Of a stretch of DNA of 64,000 bases, positions 1-12,197 are shown piece by piece. Numbering within the stretch: position 1 is the stretch's first letter; every line of letters begins with the position of its first letter. Made by a program: the position numbers and the translations under genes. The notes below the pieces were generated by a model. That model was not told the origin of the DNA and made no database searches. It saw nothing but the letters and a program-made list of their open reading frames with translations. Source of the DNA: Podarcis melisellensis. Lineage: Eukaryota. The DNA is taken from NCBI GenBank assembly GCA_964234715.1, contig OZ174282.1, one strand, 5' to 3'.

Positions 1-42
1 ATGCAGCTGGACTCTCCAAAAAGCCCAGTCTCCTCAGCTCAC

Positions 43-193
43 CATTTTCCTGATTAACTGTCTCCTGGTCACCTTGAAACTTCTTCTGCTCCTCATAATA
101 TTCCAGGACTTCAAAAGGCAGCTTCTCCCCAGGGATGCGAGGAGGCAACAAAAGCATGTTATGGGTGTCATAGCCCTTCAACATCCGCAGAAT
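43..193 (-). CDS. HYDIN: HYDIN window exon 33 (151 nt, 0-1): ILRMLKGYDTHNMLLLPPR...NQEN
   Basis: tag|ATT acceptor; G|gtgag donor is the best candidate, but the next exon is outside the window. Confidence 0.88.
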
Positions 194-453
194 CTAAAAT
201 CAAGCAGATATATAAGGATACAAAGAACTGTCTCATGTGGAGTCTGGCCAGTGCTCCATTAAGGCCAGTATAAATGATCCTGAATTGCTGCAGTGTTCGA
301 CTTGTAGAAGTCAGTTTGCCCATAACCTGTTAGACTTGAGCCCACCATCTGTTGTTGACACTGTACCACACTGTGGTACAACAGTATGATTAGCAGAGTA
401 TGCACAGCTAGAGTTTGCAGCCTCAGATGGGAGGAAGTGTGCTTGATTCTTAC

Positions 454-693
454 CCGCTCTTCCAACAGATACTGCTGGTCAAATTCCAAGGAGTAGAATT
501 CAATGGGGAAGCTGCAAGGGTTCTTCACCACCACTTCAGCCTCATCCCCAATGGCGTAAGGCAAGAGGGGCCCAAGTTCCAGAATGGAAGGAGTGAACTC
601 TAGACGCGGCTCCAGACCTTGCCCAGAGACATTCAGCTGCAGCTGCTGGGTGCTCTGGGAAATGCTCAGAATCAGGTAGTGGCGGTAGGATTT
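454..693 (-). CDS. HYDIN: HYDIN window exon 32 (240 nt, 0-0): KSYRHYLIL...GQGLEPRLEF...YLLEER
   Basis: tag|AAA, CGG|gtaag. Confidence 0.95.
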
Positions 694-724
694 CTAAGAT
701 AACAAAAGTTGGAGAGATTATTTC

Positions 725-1153
725 ACAGAACTGTAGAGATGGAAGGGACACCAAGATTCATCTCATCCAGGGGTAGGCAACCTAAGGCCTGTGGGCTGGA
801 TGCGGCCCAATCGCCTCCTCAATCCGGCCCACTGATGGTCCGGGAATCAGCGTGTTTTTACATGAGTAGAATGTGTCCTTTTATTTAAAATGCATCTCTG
901 GGTTATTTGTGGGGCCTACCTGGTGTTTTTACATGAGTAGAATGTGTGCTTTTATTTAAAATGCATCTCTGGATTATTTGTGGGGCATAGGAATTCGTTC
1001 AGCTTTCCTTCAAAACATAGTCTGGCCCACCACATGGTCTGGGACGGTGGACCAGCCCATGGCTGAAAAAGGTTGCTGACCCCTGCTTGTCCAACTCTCT
1101 GCAATGCAGGATTCACAGCTAAAGAATCCCTGACAGATGACCGTCCAACCTCT
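725..1153 (-). mobile_element. CR1 LINE 3' end fragment, split by the hAT MITE
   Basis: agaactgtagagatggaagggacacc...ccaactctctgcaatgcagg...ctgacagatg resembles the reverse of the CR1 end at 63120-63230. Confidence 0.7.
768..1085. mobile_element. hAT (Charlie-like) MITE with internal tandem duplication, inserted in a CR1 3' end
   Basis: TIRs CAGGGGTAGGCAACCT...AGGTTGCTGACCCCTG; ~64-nt unit repeated at 852-915 and 923-986. Confidence 0.8.
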
Positions 1154-1161
1154 TTTTATAT

Positions 1162-1225
<64 letters not shown>

Positions 1226-1226
1226 A
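1162..1226. repeat. (AAAG)n microsatellite
   Basis: Seen directly. Confidence 0.95.
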
Positions 1227-2175
1227 TATAGAAAGGCCCAAGTTTAGCTCTTGCCTAGCAGTCGTAAGAAAACTATGCCCATGGATTCATACTTTTTGCA
1301 TTGTCTTGCTCTACATTTGTGCTCAGCATAGTAATGTCAGCTACCCATCTATTATAATGCTGGGAGTTCTGGCCTCACTCTGTTATAACATTCTCTTCCA
1401 CCACCCATGCAGAAGGCAGCACTTGATGTTTGATAACGCGGGCTTTCTCTAGCCCATGAAACCTCCTGCCATGAAATATATATTAGCCTGGAAGGTGTCA
1501 CAAGATTCTTGGTTGTTTTGCTGGGCCAGACCAAGATTCCTCTCATCCCTCATGGCCTGTCATCAGCACTTTTCTTTCACCCTCTAAACTGGAAAAGCCC
1601 TCTTGGCTATCAAGGCTAAAGCTGTTGATACCTTATTTATTTGTTATTTGTCATTTGTAAAATTTCTTACCCATCTTTCACAACAATACAACATGTTGTT
1701 ATTAAAAAACAGATAAAACCATTCCTATTATAAAAACAAGTTAAAGCGCTCCAAATGGAACAGAATAGTCACTTTCTCCCCAACTTGTTCTGGACCTAGC
1801 CTATTCTCGACAGCTTTTATTAACCTCATGTGCTCTATGTTCAATAAGGCCAAGCTCCTTCCCATGTTCTGATCCTTAAGGACTCTGGGTGAGCACACCA
1901 CTGACCTAGCCTTCCATTCCAAAACATCATCGCTTTCAATGTTGTCAATAGCAGGGCTATCAATGTTGGTTCAACTCTAAGAGACTCGTTGACCTGTCTG
2001 CCAACATTTAAAAAGCTAAAATAATTCACACTAACTGTCACCAAATAAATCATTTAAATCATCACTCCCCACCCTCCAAATACTGACTAGAGAACTCTCA
2101 TGTGCTACCATTGAACCCTCTTTGCAACGAGAGTTGCAACTGTTCAATAGCATGGACAGCATCCTGACCTCCTAC

Positions 2176-2325
2176 CTCTTCTCTGGGTGCAAACTTGACT
2201 TGCACATTGAGCCTCTCCCCCGGAGCCAGAATCCCATAGGGAGGGATCATCTCAAAGACATTGGGCTTGTGTTTTAACTCACGGCGCATCTTCCGACGTA
2301 AGGCCATTGGCATGTGCTTGTCCAC
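2176..2325 (-). CDS. HYDIN: HYDIN window exon 31 (150 nt, 0-0): VDKHMPMALRR...KFAPREE
   Basis: tag|GTG, GAG|gtagg. Confidence 0.95.
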
Positions 2326-3035
2326 CTAAACATACAACAAACAATGACATCACTGAGCAACGGATCTCTGTGCTATTGTGAACAGACCTGTTCCCACCCT
2401 AACTGCATCTGAAATTCAGGTGCCTGCTGTCTTGTTACATGCAACAACCTGCTAGCCAGGTAGATGGACCAATGTTTCTTGGCAATTCAGTGCACCCTGG
2501 GTGGTGGTGCCCTCCATCCATAGGCACAAGAATAAAAGGTTTCCCCAGCTTAGGGTGACGGGGAAGGAAAAAGATGCTTTCCTCATTGCAGCAGCAATGC
2601 TCTCTGAGGAGAGTCTTTTACCTCACTGTTTTATTTTCTTTTGCATTCTTCAGTGGCTCAAGTGAGTCGGAAGCTGAATTGCCAGTTGTGGGCTTAACCA
2701 GCTGCAGGGCCTGCCTCTGAGTACTTGCCTTTCTGAACCTCTGGAGACCTTGCCTCAGTGCTTTATGGATCAAAAGGACTCAGCCTCAAGAGTAGAAAAA
2801 GGAGGGCAGATTCTGTCAGCTTTTCAGCTATCATCTGTAGCTACACCTTTAAGTACAACTTAATCTCAATCCAGTGCAAAGCTTCACTGGTCAGTTCCTG
2901 GAGACTGAGCCGCTGTTCAAGGTGCAGGAGAGGCTGACTCATTTCTGATGAGGTGGCAACCCTCGTGGAAAGAGCAGGGTGGAACCTGATGGTCAGAAAA
3001 GGGGAAAGAGAAGCCTGCGGCCAGGTTTACTTTAC

Positions 3036-3227
3036 CTTTTTTATTTGCTCGCTGCTGGTGGCAAACCACTCACAGGTGACCTGGAGCTGGTTGTGAAGCT
3101 GGATTGTCTCGACTTGGCACTGGCCGCACTGAGTGGCAGCAAACTCCAAATTGTCATTGGACATGCAGAGAGATGGCATAATCACCATGGCACGTAGAGA
3201 GATGTTGAATGTGGGTCCGGTCAGGAC
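3036..3227 (-). CDS. HYDIN: HYDIN window exon 30 (192 nt, 0-0): VLTGPTFNISL...QCGQCQVETIQLHN...QIKK
   Basis: cag|GTC, AAG|gtaaa; translated by hand. Confidence 0.95.
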
Positions 3228-3293
3228 CTGGAGAAAAGCAACAAACAGGACCTAAGCACCATGTGCAGGAAATGGGAACCTCTAACACACATA

Positions 3294-3518
3294 CAGTGGT
3301 ACCTCAGTTTAAGAACAGTCTTGTTTACGAACTATTTGGTTTACGAACTCCGCAAAACCAGAAGTAGTATCCCGGTTTGCAAACTTTACCTCGGTCTAAA
3401 AACGGAATCCAAACGGTGAGGAGGCGTCATTAGGGAAAGCACACCTCAGTTTAAGAACGGTTTCGGTTTAAGAATAGACTTCTGGAATGGATTAAGTTTG
3501 TAAACCGAGGTACCACTG
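3294..3518. mobile_element. Tc1/mariner-pogo (Tigger-like) MITE
   Basis: TA|CAGTGGTACCTC...GAGGTACCACTG|TA. Confidence 0.9.
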
Positions 3519-3941
3519 TACGCTTAATGGCACTTGGGGCACCATGCAGGTATCAAATGGTGGAGAAATCATATATATGTGCTGCAGATTGAGCCTGGAG
3601 CTACAGGGTCGGTCTCTCCCCCACCACTCACAGGCCAGGTTTGACAAGTGAGCAGAGCTACAGTGGCAGATATGGGGCTCTCAAATTTCAGCACTGCCCT
3701 GTGCAATGCTAAAATTTGGCATGGCCCCACCTCTCACACTCCATTCTACAGCATTGTTATGTCCCAAAGGAGTGTTATACTCCAGGCCAGAGCACTTTTA
3801 AGGAGCCTGGTTTGACCAAAGAGAGCTGGGCTCAGTTCAGACAGAAGGAATTGCTCTAGTTATAAGGGCTCAGTTTGCCTATGGCACTTCTTGGAGCACA
3901 CTGTCTGCCTTGGAGTCAGATGTGGCCTTCCTATGCCGTTC

Positions 3942-4140
3942 TTAGGAACACAGAAAGCTGCCTTATACTGAGTCAGACTATGGGTCCATATAGGCCAGTA
4001 CAGTCAACACTGACAGGGATCGACTCTCCAGAGTTTCAGATAGGAAATCTTATCCCATCCCTATGTGGAGATGCTGCTAGAGATTGAGCTTGGGACAGTC
4101 TACATGCCAGGCAAGTGCTCTACCACACAGCTATGTCCCT
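3942..4140 (-). mobile_element. tRNA-derived SINE with CR1-like tail (Squam3-like)
   Basis: Reverse strand reads gggacatagctgtgtggtagagcac...gtcccaagctcaatctc...catctcc (degenerate A/B boxes), then ...ctgactcagtataaggcagctt; related copies near 15150-15280, 16560-16815 and 47680-47935. Confidence 0.65.
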
Positions 4141-4545
4141 TCCCTTTTACTATGGCCTATACAGCTGCCCTCCATAAATTCCCATGCAGTTGTCCAGTTG
4201 CTGGTCTCCCCTGCCCACCCATGTGGCTCCATAATTCAAGGCATGCTTTGTCTTAACTCCAAGGACTTGAAAGTGGATCATGGGAGGCCAGCTGTAGCTA
4301 CAACTGAAGTGGGTGTTCACGGCTCTGCTTATGACTGCATTTCTTTCTGAAAGTTACATCCTAGCTGTGATGCATCATAAACTTTGCCTGCCTTGTAGGA
4401 CATGTCAATTAGGAGGGCTGAACCCACTAGTTTCAGTTCCTTGCAGTGTCCCATTTTTCCAATTTCCCAAATTCCTTCCCCATCCCCAGCCTCAGCCAAG
4501 GGCCCCAAGGCAGTGCAGCATGGCGGGCCGCAAAATGAAAGGCAC

Positions 4546-4673
4546 CTTGACTGGCAGGATCACTTCCACCTCTCCCAGGGGCTGGTTGGCACTCTGGGGA
4601 TCAAATCGTACTCCAAATGTCTCTGTCTCACAGTAGGGCAGGTTCTTCACTCTGTCCAGCTCTGTGTCGAAAC
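4546..4673 (-). CDS. HYDIN: HYDIN window exon 29 (128 nt, 1-0): FDTELDRVKNLPYCETE...ILPVK
   Basis: cag|GT, AAG|gtgcc; translated by hand. Confidence 0.95.
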
Positions 4674-5503
4674 CTGGCTCAAAAGAGCAACAATGTCATT
4701 CCTTGCCAATTCAGGTGTGCAGGGAGGAATCAGCCATTGGTTTGTTTGTTTTCAATTACACTGACATGACACCCTTCCACCAAGGAGCTTAGAATGGCTG
4801 CACAAGGTTCTCTCTCCACCCTTTTTATCCCCCATACCCAGGGAGTAGGTTAGGCTGAGGAAGCCCCTGGGGTTGGAAAACTGGAGGCAGCGCAGCCATG
4901 TCAGGCTTGCCTGCTTGGTACAATTTCCTCTGAGAGAAACTGAATGTGGGAAATTAGCAGCCAAACCTAACAAATGCATATTCTTGCTAATTAGCATGAG
5001 ATGGGGCTACGTCCACATAGCTGTATTGCTGATAGGCAAATCTCAGACCATAGAAATACAATTGTATGGAGGGCTCTGTGTAGTGTTATTTCAAGAATTT
5101 GGGGCTGAGGGAACCACTGACCACCTTCACAGCAGTCAGATGAGCAGCCATTCCAACCATAATAATCTTCCCAGCACAGGGCAAACTGAGCAGGATCAGA
5201 TGTGAATCCTGACAGGGCCATCAGTCTGCAGATGACACACATCTCCTTCTCTCTTTGGTCTTTGTGCTTACCCATACTCTGCCCATAGTGGGCAACTGGA
5301 TGCGGAAGAAAACCTTATTTGGAAAAAAGTGTTCAGTGTCTGAGAGTAAAACAATTGTGGTGGAAGTGGAAGGGCTTGTACTGGTGGCAAATTCATTGGG
5401 TTTTTAATATATTTATATATGTTTTTCCCATTCAATTACTGATCAATCAAGTTTTCAGGATAGGCTGAGCTAGAAATGAAAAGGAACCAGATCTCCTTAT
5501 TAC

Positions 5504-5640
5504 CTGAGTCCCGCAAGTTCCGCCTATCTGCATAGAAGGACACAGGAAACTGGCCAGTGTTGGTGATTTTGATAATGTGGGTCCGGACGGTGCCCAGGAT
5601 GATGTAGCCAAAGTCTAAGATGTACTCAGGGAGTTGTGCT
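5504..5640 (-). CDS. HYDIN: HYDIN window exon 28 (137 nt, 2-1): AQLPEYILDFGYIILG...LRDSG
   Basis: cag|A, G|gtaat. Confidence 0.96.
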
Positions 5641-5854
5641 CTGAAAAAGTAGCAACGGCTGGTTGTAAATAGATGTTTGATGCTCAGCTGGATAGCGAGG
5701 GCTGCATTTTCAACAGGACTTTGAGGATTTAAGCATTTCACTTAAGTGCCAGAGCATACTTATGGCAGAGGGAAGCACAGCGGAAAGTAACATTGTGCCA
5801 ATCACAGAAATGGCACTGCAGCCCTTTGGGAGGGGATTACTTTTATTATCCAAT

Positions 5855-6215
5855 GAAGTTGAATGTTGGAAGATACAGGAAAGGTAAAAGAAAATGCTTC
5901 TTCACGTAGCACTATTAAAATATGGAACTTGCTCCCATAGGAGACAGTGATGGACATGAACCTGGATGGTTTTCAAAGAGGACTGGACAACTTCATGAAG
6001 AGGAAAGGTTATCAGTTGCTACCAACCATGAAGGCTATGCTCTGCCTCCACAGCTGGAAGCAGAAATACTCCTGAATGCCAGTTACTAGAGACCACAGGA
6101 AGGGAAAGTGATTTTGTGCTCAGATTCTGCTTCAAGGTTTCCCACAGGCATCTGCTGTGAAAATAGGATGATAGACCAGATGGGCTGTTGGCTGATCCAG
6201 TAGGCTCCCCTTATA
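5855..6215 (+). mobile_element. CR1 LINE 3' fragment
   Basis: Typical CR1 end: tggaacttgctcccataggagacagtgatgg...gactggacaacttcatg...gctgatccagtaggct. Confidence 0.7.
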
Positions 6216-6559
6216 TTATTATTATTATAGTTCAAATGTAGGTAGATTCAAAACAGCTAAGAAGACCTGGACAAGCCATGGGTTAACTCCCCATGCATCT
6301 CTGACAGGATTCTATGCATCAGAGTCTGGTGGCTTGCTACAGATTGCAGACTGTCCAAATAGAGATTGCCAGCGAAGCCAAGAAACTTCACATGGTGAAA
6401 GCTTCCCCACTTCCCAGAGGCAGAGGAAACTGGGTGGATTGGGAGGACCAGGCAGTTTCCTGAGATTCTCCACTTATTTCCAAGTACTCAGGTGCTGGGA
6501 GTCCCCCTCATAACCCTGCAGTCTGGGGAAATGGCCATAGGGAGGAGATCTGCACCCAC

Positions 6560-6693
6560 TTGACAAATCTGCGGCGAATTCGCTGGCTGATGGCAGGGTC
6601 CTCCTTTGGGTCACGGGAAAGCTGCATCTGCTGCTCCAAGGCATGTTCTCGAACAAGGAGCCTCTCCACCTCCAACTGCACTTGCATGGCAAG
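6560..6693 (-). CDS. HYDIN: HYDIN window exon 27 (134 nt, 0-2): LAMQVQLEVERLLV...RRRFVK
   Basis: cag|CTT, AA|gtggg; translated by hand. Confidence 0.92.
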
Positions 6694-6943
6694 CTGTCAA
6701 GACCAAGGAGACAGTCAGCCAACCTGACCCCAATCCTGTACAGTCCTTCCTGCTTCCCCTACAGCATCAGCACCAGAAAGCTCCCTTTTCTATCAGTTGC
6801 TTTTGATCTACTGGCCTCCTACACCTTCATGGTTGCCAATGCCCATTTTTGCCCTTCTGAAGAAGCCATCTGCCATTTTGTGCTCCTGCTCAGCCCTTCC
6901 TTCTGCATGTCAGACCTGTGTGGCTTGCATGGCTCTTCCAGTT

Positions 6944-7042
6944 TTGGGAAGCTTTTAATGTTAATAGACTATTGTATTTTAATATTTGATTGGAAGCTGC
7001 CCAGAGTGGCTGGGGAAACCCAGCCAGATGGGCAGGGTATAA

Positions 7043-7092
<50 letters not shown>
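6944..7092 (+). mobile_element. L2-like LINE 3' end with (AAT)n tail and 8-bp TSD
   Basis: TTCCAGTT at 6936-6943 and 7093-7100; same family in reverse at ~23975-24210 and 31048-31280. Confidence 0.75.
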
Positions 7093-7093
<1 letters not shown>

Positions 7094-7196
7094 TCCAGTT
7101 CCCCCTGCCAATGTGTCCCAGGTCAACTCCAGCCCTCCCACAGCCCAGCCCAACCCAGCCTAGCTCACAAGCAAGCAAAGGAGCTTTTAATCTTAC

Positions 7197-7324
7197 TACA
7201 GAGTTGGATTCCTCCATGGTTGGGTCTGTGCCCACTGCCTCTGAGTTACTGATGGAATCTTTGTGTGAATCCTGCTCCATGCGTTCCTTGACTTCTCTTA
7301 GGAGGATGCTGTACCGGTCATTTC
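7197..7324 (-). CDS. HYDIN: HYDIN window exon 26 (128 nt, 1-0): NDRYSILLREV...EESNSV
   Basis: tag|GA, GTA|gtaag; follows a 90-nt intron. Confidence 0.88.
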
Positions 7325-7414
7325 CTACAGCAAGCACAAACGGGTGAGAGTTTGGACCAGGGATGTAGCTGCACTTTCCAAGGAAGGTGGAAGCTCTAGG
7401 ATACTAACCCCTAC

Positions 7415-7592
7415 CTTTAACATTTATGGGTAGATCCACGCAAATTCTGGGGAAGATTCCTTCTCCTTTCAGGGTGATGAGTTCTGGATCCATGTGGGCC
7501 ACCTGGATCTGGAAGGTTCTTTGGAAGACCTCCGGAATGCCAGGCAAATAATATACCTTCAACACCTGCTCCTTCCCGGATTCAATATAACT
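7415..7592 (-). CDS. HYDIN: HYDIN window exon 25 (178 nt, 0-1): SYIESGKEQVLKVYYLPGIPEVF...LPINVKG
   Basis: tag|AGT, G|gtagg; translated by hand. Confidence 0.95.
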
Positions 7593-8469
7593 CTAGGAGA
7601 TACAAGTGGGAGAATCCTGAATAGGTAACACTGCTCCTTACCAAATAGAGGGCTGAGCAATCTTGCCTTCATAGAATGGTTTAAGTGGACAGCCTGGCAT
7701 CTTCTTTGTCTTGGGCACGGACTGGATCAGTGAGAAACATTATGTTAGCCTGTTAAACAGATGGTTGTGTAAACTCTTGCATTGTTTTTTAAATTTAGAT
7801 TTCCCACCAAATAAAAGCCAGGTTTAGTTACCAGAGACATCATGCAAATTAAGCACATTTGCTTTTGTTATTTAAATATACAGAAGGATTTGAGCTTTCA
7901 AAGAAATTCCTAAGTAAGGATTAAAGGAATGGAAAGAGATGATGGCATGGATAGTGTGGCATCTTCACAGACCCAGTCCCAGATTGATGGACTGTGCCAG
8001 TGTCTCCAGTGTCTCTAGTCTAGGGGCAGGGTTGCCATCTCCCCACCTTTTTGAATTTTATTGTTGCTGGAAATTTTACTTCTTCCCACCCAAGATGAGC
8101 AGGGACAGGATTTGGTGGGCATCTCACAGGCCTGCGCTAAGAAAAGTACAGGCTTACCTGGTGAGGCACCAAATAACTAAACACTTAAGGGGCATTTCCC
8201 TCCAGTTAGGAAAATGGTCAGTGCTCCCCTCTCTTGTTGTGAAAGAGCAACCGGCTCAATGCTGACCCAGCTACAATAAAGGAACCTAGAGCAAGTAGCA
8301 AAAGAGGAAGGCTCTCCACACCAAAAACCTCCCTTCTGACATCTGTAGATGGACTTCACCTTGCACAGAGGGGCAGGGGGGGATGTGCTGCTCAGCCTGA
8401 TTCTTTGTGAGATGAATGAGTAATCTTAAAGGAAAGCTCTTTCCAGAGAACAGACAGACAGAGAGGCCC

Positions 8470-8539
8470 AGGAAGGAAGGAAGGAAGGAAGGAAGGAAGG
8501 AAGGAAGGAAGGAAGGAAGGAAGGAAGGAAGGAAGGAAG
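8470..8539. repeat. (AAGG)n microsatellite
   Basis: Seen directly. Confidence 0.95.
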
Positions 8540-8714
8540 CCTTAACTTAAAAAGGGGCTTCATGCTTGAAGGCAGATTCCACCTGAATTCTAATGACACA
8601 TTTACAAGAGCCTGCCTTGCTTTGCACAATCTGCACAATAATTCAAAAGTCAAAATGCATAAAGAAGTGACCCTTAAACACAACAGCATCTATCCGGCTT
8701 CTGCTCTTACTCAC

Positions 8715-8852
8715 AGAAACAGGCAGAGTCAGTGGCACACCAGGTGCAGGGTTGTTGGCTGAAGCTGCAATGGTGTTAGTCACAAAGTACTCAAATCCAA
8801 CTTTTCCTGTATTTTTCAGCGTAATCTCAGTCACACATATCTGATCAAAAGG
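8715..8852 (-). CDS. HYDIN: HYDIN window exon 24 (138 nt, 0-0): PFDQICVTEITLKNTGKVGFE...LPVS
   Basis: ctccctaag|CCT (AAG acceptor), TCT|gtgag. Confidence 0.9.
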
Positions 8853-10532
8853 CTTAGGGAGAGAAAAGAGAGTGATGCCAATATGAACATGCAAACCTTT
8901 TGCTGCAATGCTGAAAGCATCTTGCCCTGAGTCCTTCTTTCCATCCCTCCTCTGACTCAACACCAACCAGCTGTTTGGGAGGAGATCATGTAATATTTCC
9001 AGCACCACATCATACATGATGCTCTGCACATTTGTAAAGTTGTCCAACCAGCACTAGTCTGCTGTATTTTGATGATCTTGTCAGCAACAAAATATCTCCA
9101 GATGTTTCACTTGAGCAGGACCCTCCTAAGTCACCAGAAATCTTATTTTAAGAAAGATTTGGTAGCGTCGCTGTGTATCCTCAGATCATGTGAATGCACT
9201 ATCTATGTCGCCTTGCATCCCTGAACCTGAACCCCCATCCCCCTAATCCTAACACCCTCACCTTAACCCGGTGGGGAATCTTTTTGGTTGGCAAGCCAGA
9301 TCTTTTAATCCTACCACGGGGGCCAACTTTGGCAGGGGAGAAGAATCACCTGCCTCTCGGTCATTTGATGCCAGGTGATGAACAGATGAGCTGTTTCAGT
9401 CACCTGCCAAAGTTGGCTGTGGGGTGGGGATAATGACCGAGCAGGATTGAACTCCCTGCACATCAGCTGATGTGTGGAGAGTTCAATCCTGCTTTCCACA
9501 GGGGTCAGCTGCACAAGGTGTAGGGCAGGTGGAGGGAGTGGCCTTGTGGATCAAACCCTGCTGTAAAATTGGCTTTGCCCAACCCTGAGAGAAGGTCAGC
9601 TGCTGGGATGACTTCTTCTTGGAGGGGTGCATGTATTAGAGGCATAAGGACCTGACAGAGGCCACCTGAGAATGGTTGGTTAATCAGAGAGCAGATATCT
9701 AGGGAAAGAATCTTCCCTACTGCCACCCCGGTTCTTGGGCTCAGCAAGCCTCTCAGGGGTATAAAGGCAGTGGAGGTGCACTGCAGGTTTTGCTGTGGTG
9801 AGGAGGAGGAAGTGGAGAGCCAAGGAGAACCCAAATTCTCTCCCTGAATATCACTTTAGGCAAGGTTAATGCAGGCTTAGTAGGTGTTGTTGAACTCTTT
9901 CAATAGGGCCCAATGCAGAGGGAAAAACAGTCCTTTTCTGCAGGGTCCTTGTGGGGAGGGGGACAGACAGCATGGTTCTTACATAGAATGTGCAATTCAA
10001 GAAAGAAGCATGTAGAGTGGAAGTTTGAAGGGTATAAGCAGAAGCAACACCTGGAGCCTGAGAGCCCATTTTCTGAGGTATATGAAATCCAGTGGACTTG
10101 ATAGACACTCTTCCAGCTGAGGGGTATTGTGGGGTGGGATGTCATGTGGAGGTGAAGCATATATAAAGGCAAAGAAGTTGGGCTCCCTTTTGGGAAGTGG
10201 GTGTGAACTAGATGTAAACAAGAAATGGGTGGGAGGTGAGGAAGAGGAAGAGGAAGCTTCCAGTGGTCTACTGTGATCAGAAGCATTTTTGTGTTCTCTT
10301 GCGTATAATAAATACTTCAGAGGCAATTAGGAAACCCATTCTACAAGTTCAGGCTTGAAAAAGTCCCCATAAGACTCAACCCACCATAAACTTCTGCAAA
10401 ACATTTTCATCATAGGATGGTGGGTTGGAGGAAAGCACAGGGGGAGATTTCAGCAAGGCATGTTTATTGGGAAAATAACTGAAGTGACCTGCCGGAGGCC
10501 TGCAGAGTCAAGTGTGTGCAGCTTTCACTTAC

Positions 10533-10742
10533 CTGGAGTCCATAGTCAATCTCCTTCCTGTCAAATGCATAACTCACAAGGGAGGCCTCACCCCTCAGTA
10601 GGATCTCGTAGGTGGGGCCCCCTTCCACCTCACAGATGGCTTTGACGCGAGCAACGATGTCAGCATGGCCATAGAATGTGAAGGTCATCCGCTGGATCTC
10701 ACTCGGCTCCAGCATCCCATACAGCGGCATGATGTCAAATAC
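10533..10742 (-). CDS. HYDIN: HYDIN window exon 23 (210 nt, 0-0): VFDIMPLYG...IDYGLQ
   Basis: cag|GTA, CAG|gtaag. Confidence 0.95.
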
Positions 10743-11568
10743 CTGATCGGGAAGAGAGAGGGGCAGAGGCTGCATGCCAACAAATGCCAAGATCCAGTTC
10801 AGGATGAGGGCAGCCAATGCAGCTGTGGGGAAAGCATGGTGGCTGCAGAATTGGCACCGAAAAGATGGATCTCTGACCTTTACTCAGGCTCTTCCTGTGC
10901 AAAACCCCATGTACAGCACATTTCCATAAGATGATTACAGTCTTGATCCTCTTCCCAGTGTCTTAGCCAATCCAAGTGTGATAACCAAGGTCTGAAACTG
11001 TTGTGCCTCCCTGCATAGGAAGGGTCTGGCTGCTGCTGCTGATCAGGCTTGTCTCCTACCTTAGGCTTAGGACGAAGACCTAGCTTCTTTGGGAGCAGAG
11101 GTCATCATCAAACACAAACATCGAGGCACACACTGGAGAGAGGGACTTTGGTGGGCTTCAGCCAGCATGAAGTGGCATAGCCACACACGGCTCCAGCTCT
11201 TTAGTCCAGCTTGGCCCAGCCTTGAATGATCAGCAGATGGAGACTGGGTAAAGGTTTGGAGAACTGGACCATAAGCAGGAGTAGAGCATTTAGTTATGAT
11301 GATACTATGGCATCCCCTCCCCTTGTATATTAAGCAAGTGGCTATTTTATTTTACAGGCACTTGAATGCTCTTGTTTGCCCTGAAGTGTGACCACCTTTG
11401 GCTTATCAGATTGATTGCTGGACTGTTTTCAGTGTTGTGGTTTCTTAACATATTGTCTTATATTATTTTATTTTCACAGCTTAGAGAAAATTATTTCTGA
11501 GTAAGTGATATACACATGTATTTCATGAATAAATATAATAATAATGATAAAAACAAATTCCTGCTCAC

Positions 11569-11688
11569 TTCTTCCACGCCTGTCAGATGATGATCATCTG
11601 CTTCTGCACACCACAGGACTTCCTTGGTCTCCACCTCGCTCTTCTTAGGAATTTCCTCTTCCCCATGATCAGCAGCTGGCAATGGGGA
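11569..11688 (-). CDS. HYDIN: HYDIN window exon 22 (120 nt, 0-0): SPLPAADHGEEE...LTGVEE
   Basis: ttttctag|TCC, GAA|gtgag; ends in GVEE, matching recalled GIEE before VFDI. Confidence 0.85.
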
Positions 11689-12088
11689 CTAGAAAAAAGA
11701 GCATCGGGAATGGGTGCAAGAGGCAGTGGAGGTAGGTTGACTTGAAGGTTTTCAGTATAGAAACCCAGACCTTGTCAATAAAAATATCAGTCAGGCCAAG
11801 GCACTGGAATGTTTTGCACAGCTGGGAGAAAATGTCAAGGATAAAACTAAGGGAAAACCTTCTAACATCCAGATGTTCTCCTAGTAAGAACAGCCCCATG
11901 TCCTCCTGCCACATGAAACTTTTTGCAGATACTCACTGACTGCTCTAGCAGCCTCAAGACAGTCATAGAGAGCAACCCACTGAGCCCGTTCATATCAGTG
12001 GTACTTGTGCAAAATCACCCACAGGTGCTACATGTGTCCTAACCAAGCCATGTCTCCAAGCCAAAGGTAAGGTGAGATGAACAATTAC

Positions 12089-12197
12089 CCTGGAGGCTGC
12101 CTTGGCTTCTGGGCTACTTTCTGCAGTGTCTGGAAGTTCCTTAGGGACAGTCTCTTCTCCACTGACATAGTTGATGTTTTCTTCTGTAGCTGCTTCT
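12089..12197 (-). CDS. HYDIN: HYDIN window exon 21, divergent linker (109 nt, 2-0): EAATEENINYVSGEE...KAASR
   Basis: ctccag|A, AGG|gtaat; open acidic frame; phase needed to join exons 20 and 22. Confidence 0.7.

Noticed and set aside
3294-3518. Tigger-like MITEs lying within ~250 nt of exons (three cases)
   Set aside because: With 33 exons in 62 kb, such proximity is common by chance.
4075-4140. tRNA-like A/B boxes (also 43272-43325)
   Set aside because: Degenerate, no cloverleaf, and continuous with SINE bodies.
6890-7153. ORFs with poly-I/poly-Y, LPSF, FFLS, EGRK or LSLS runs (also 8426, 29786, 51279, 52084)
   Set aside because: Translations of microsatellites.
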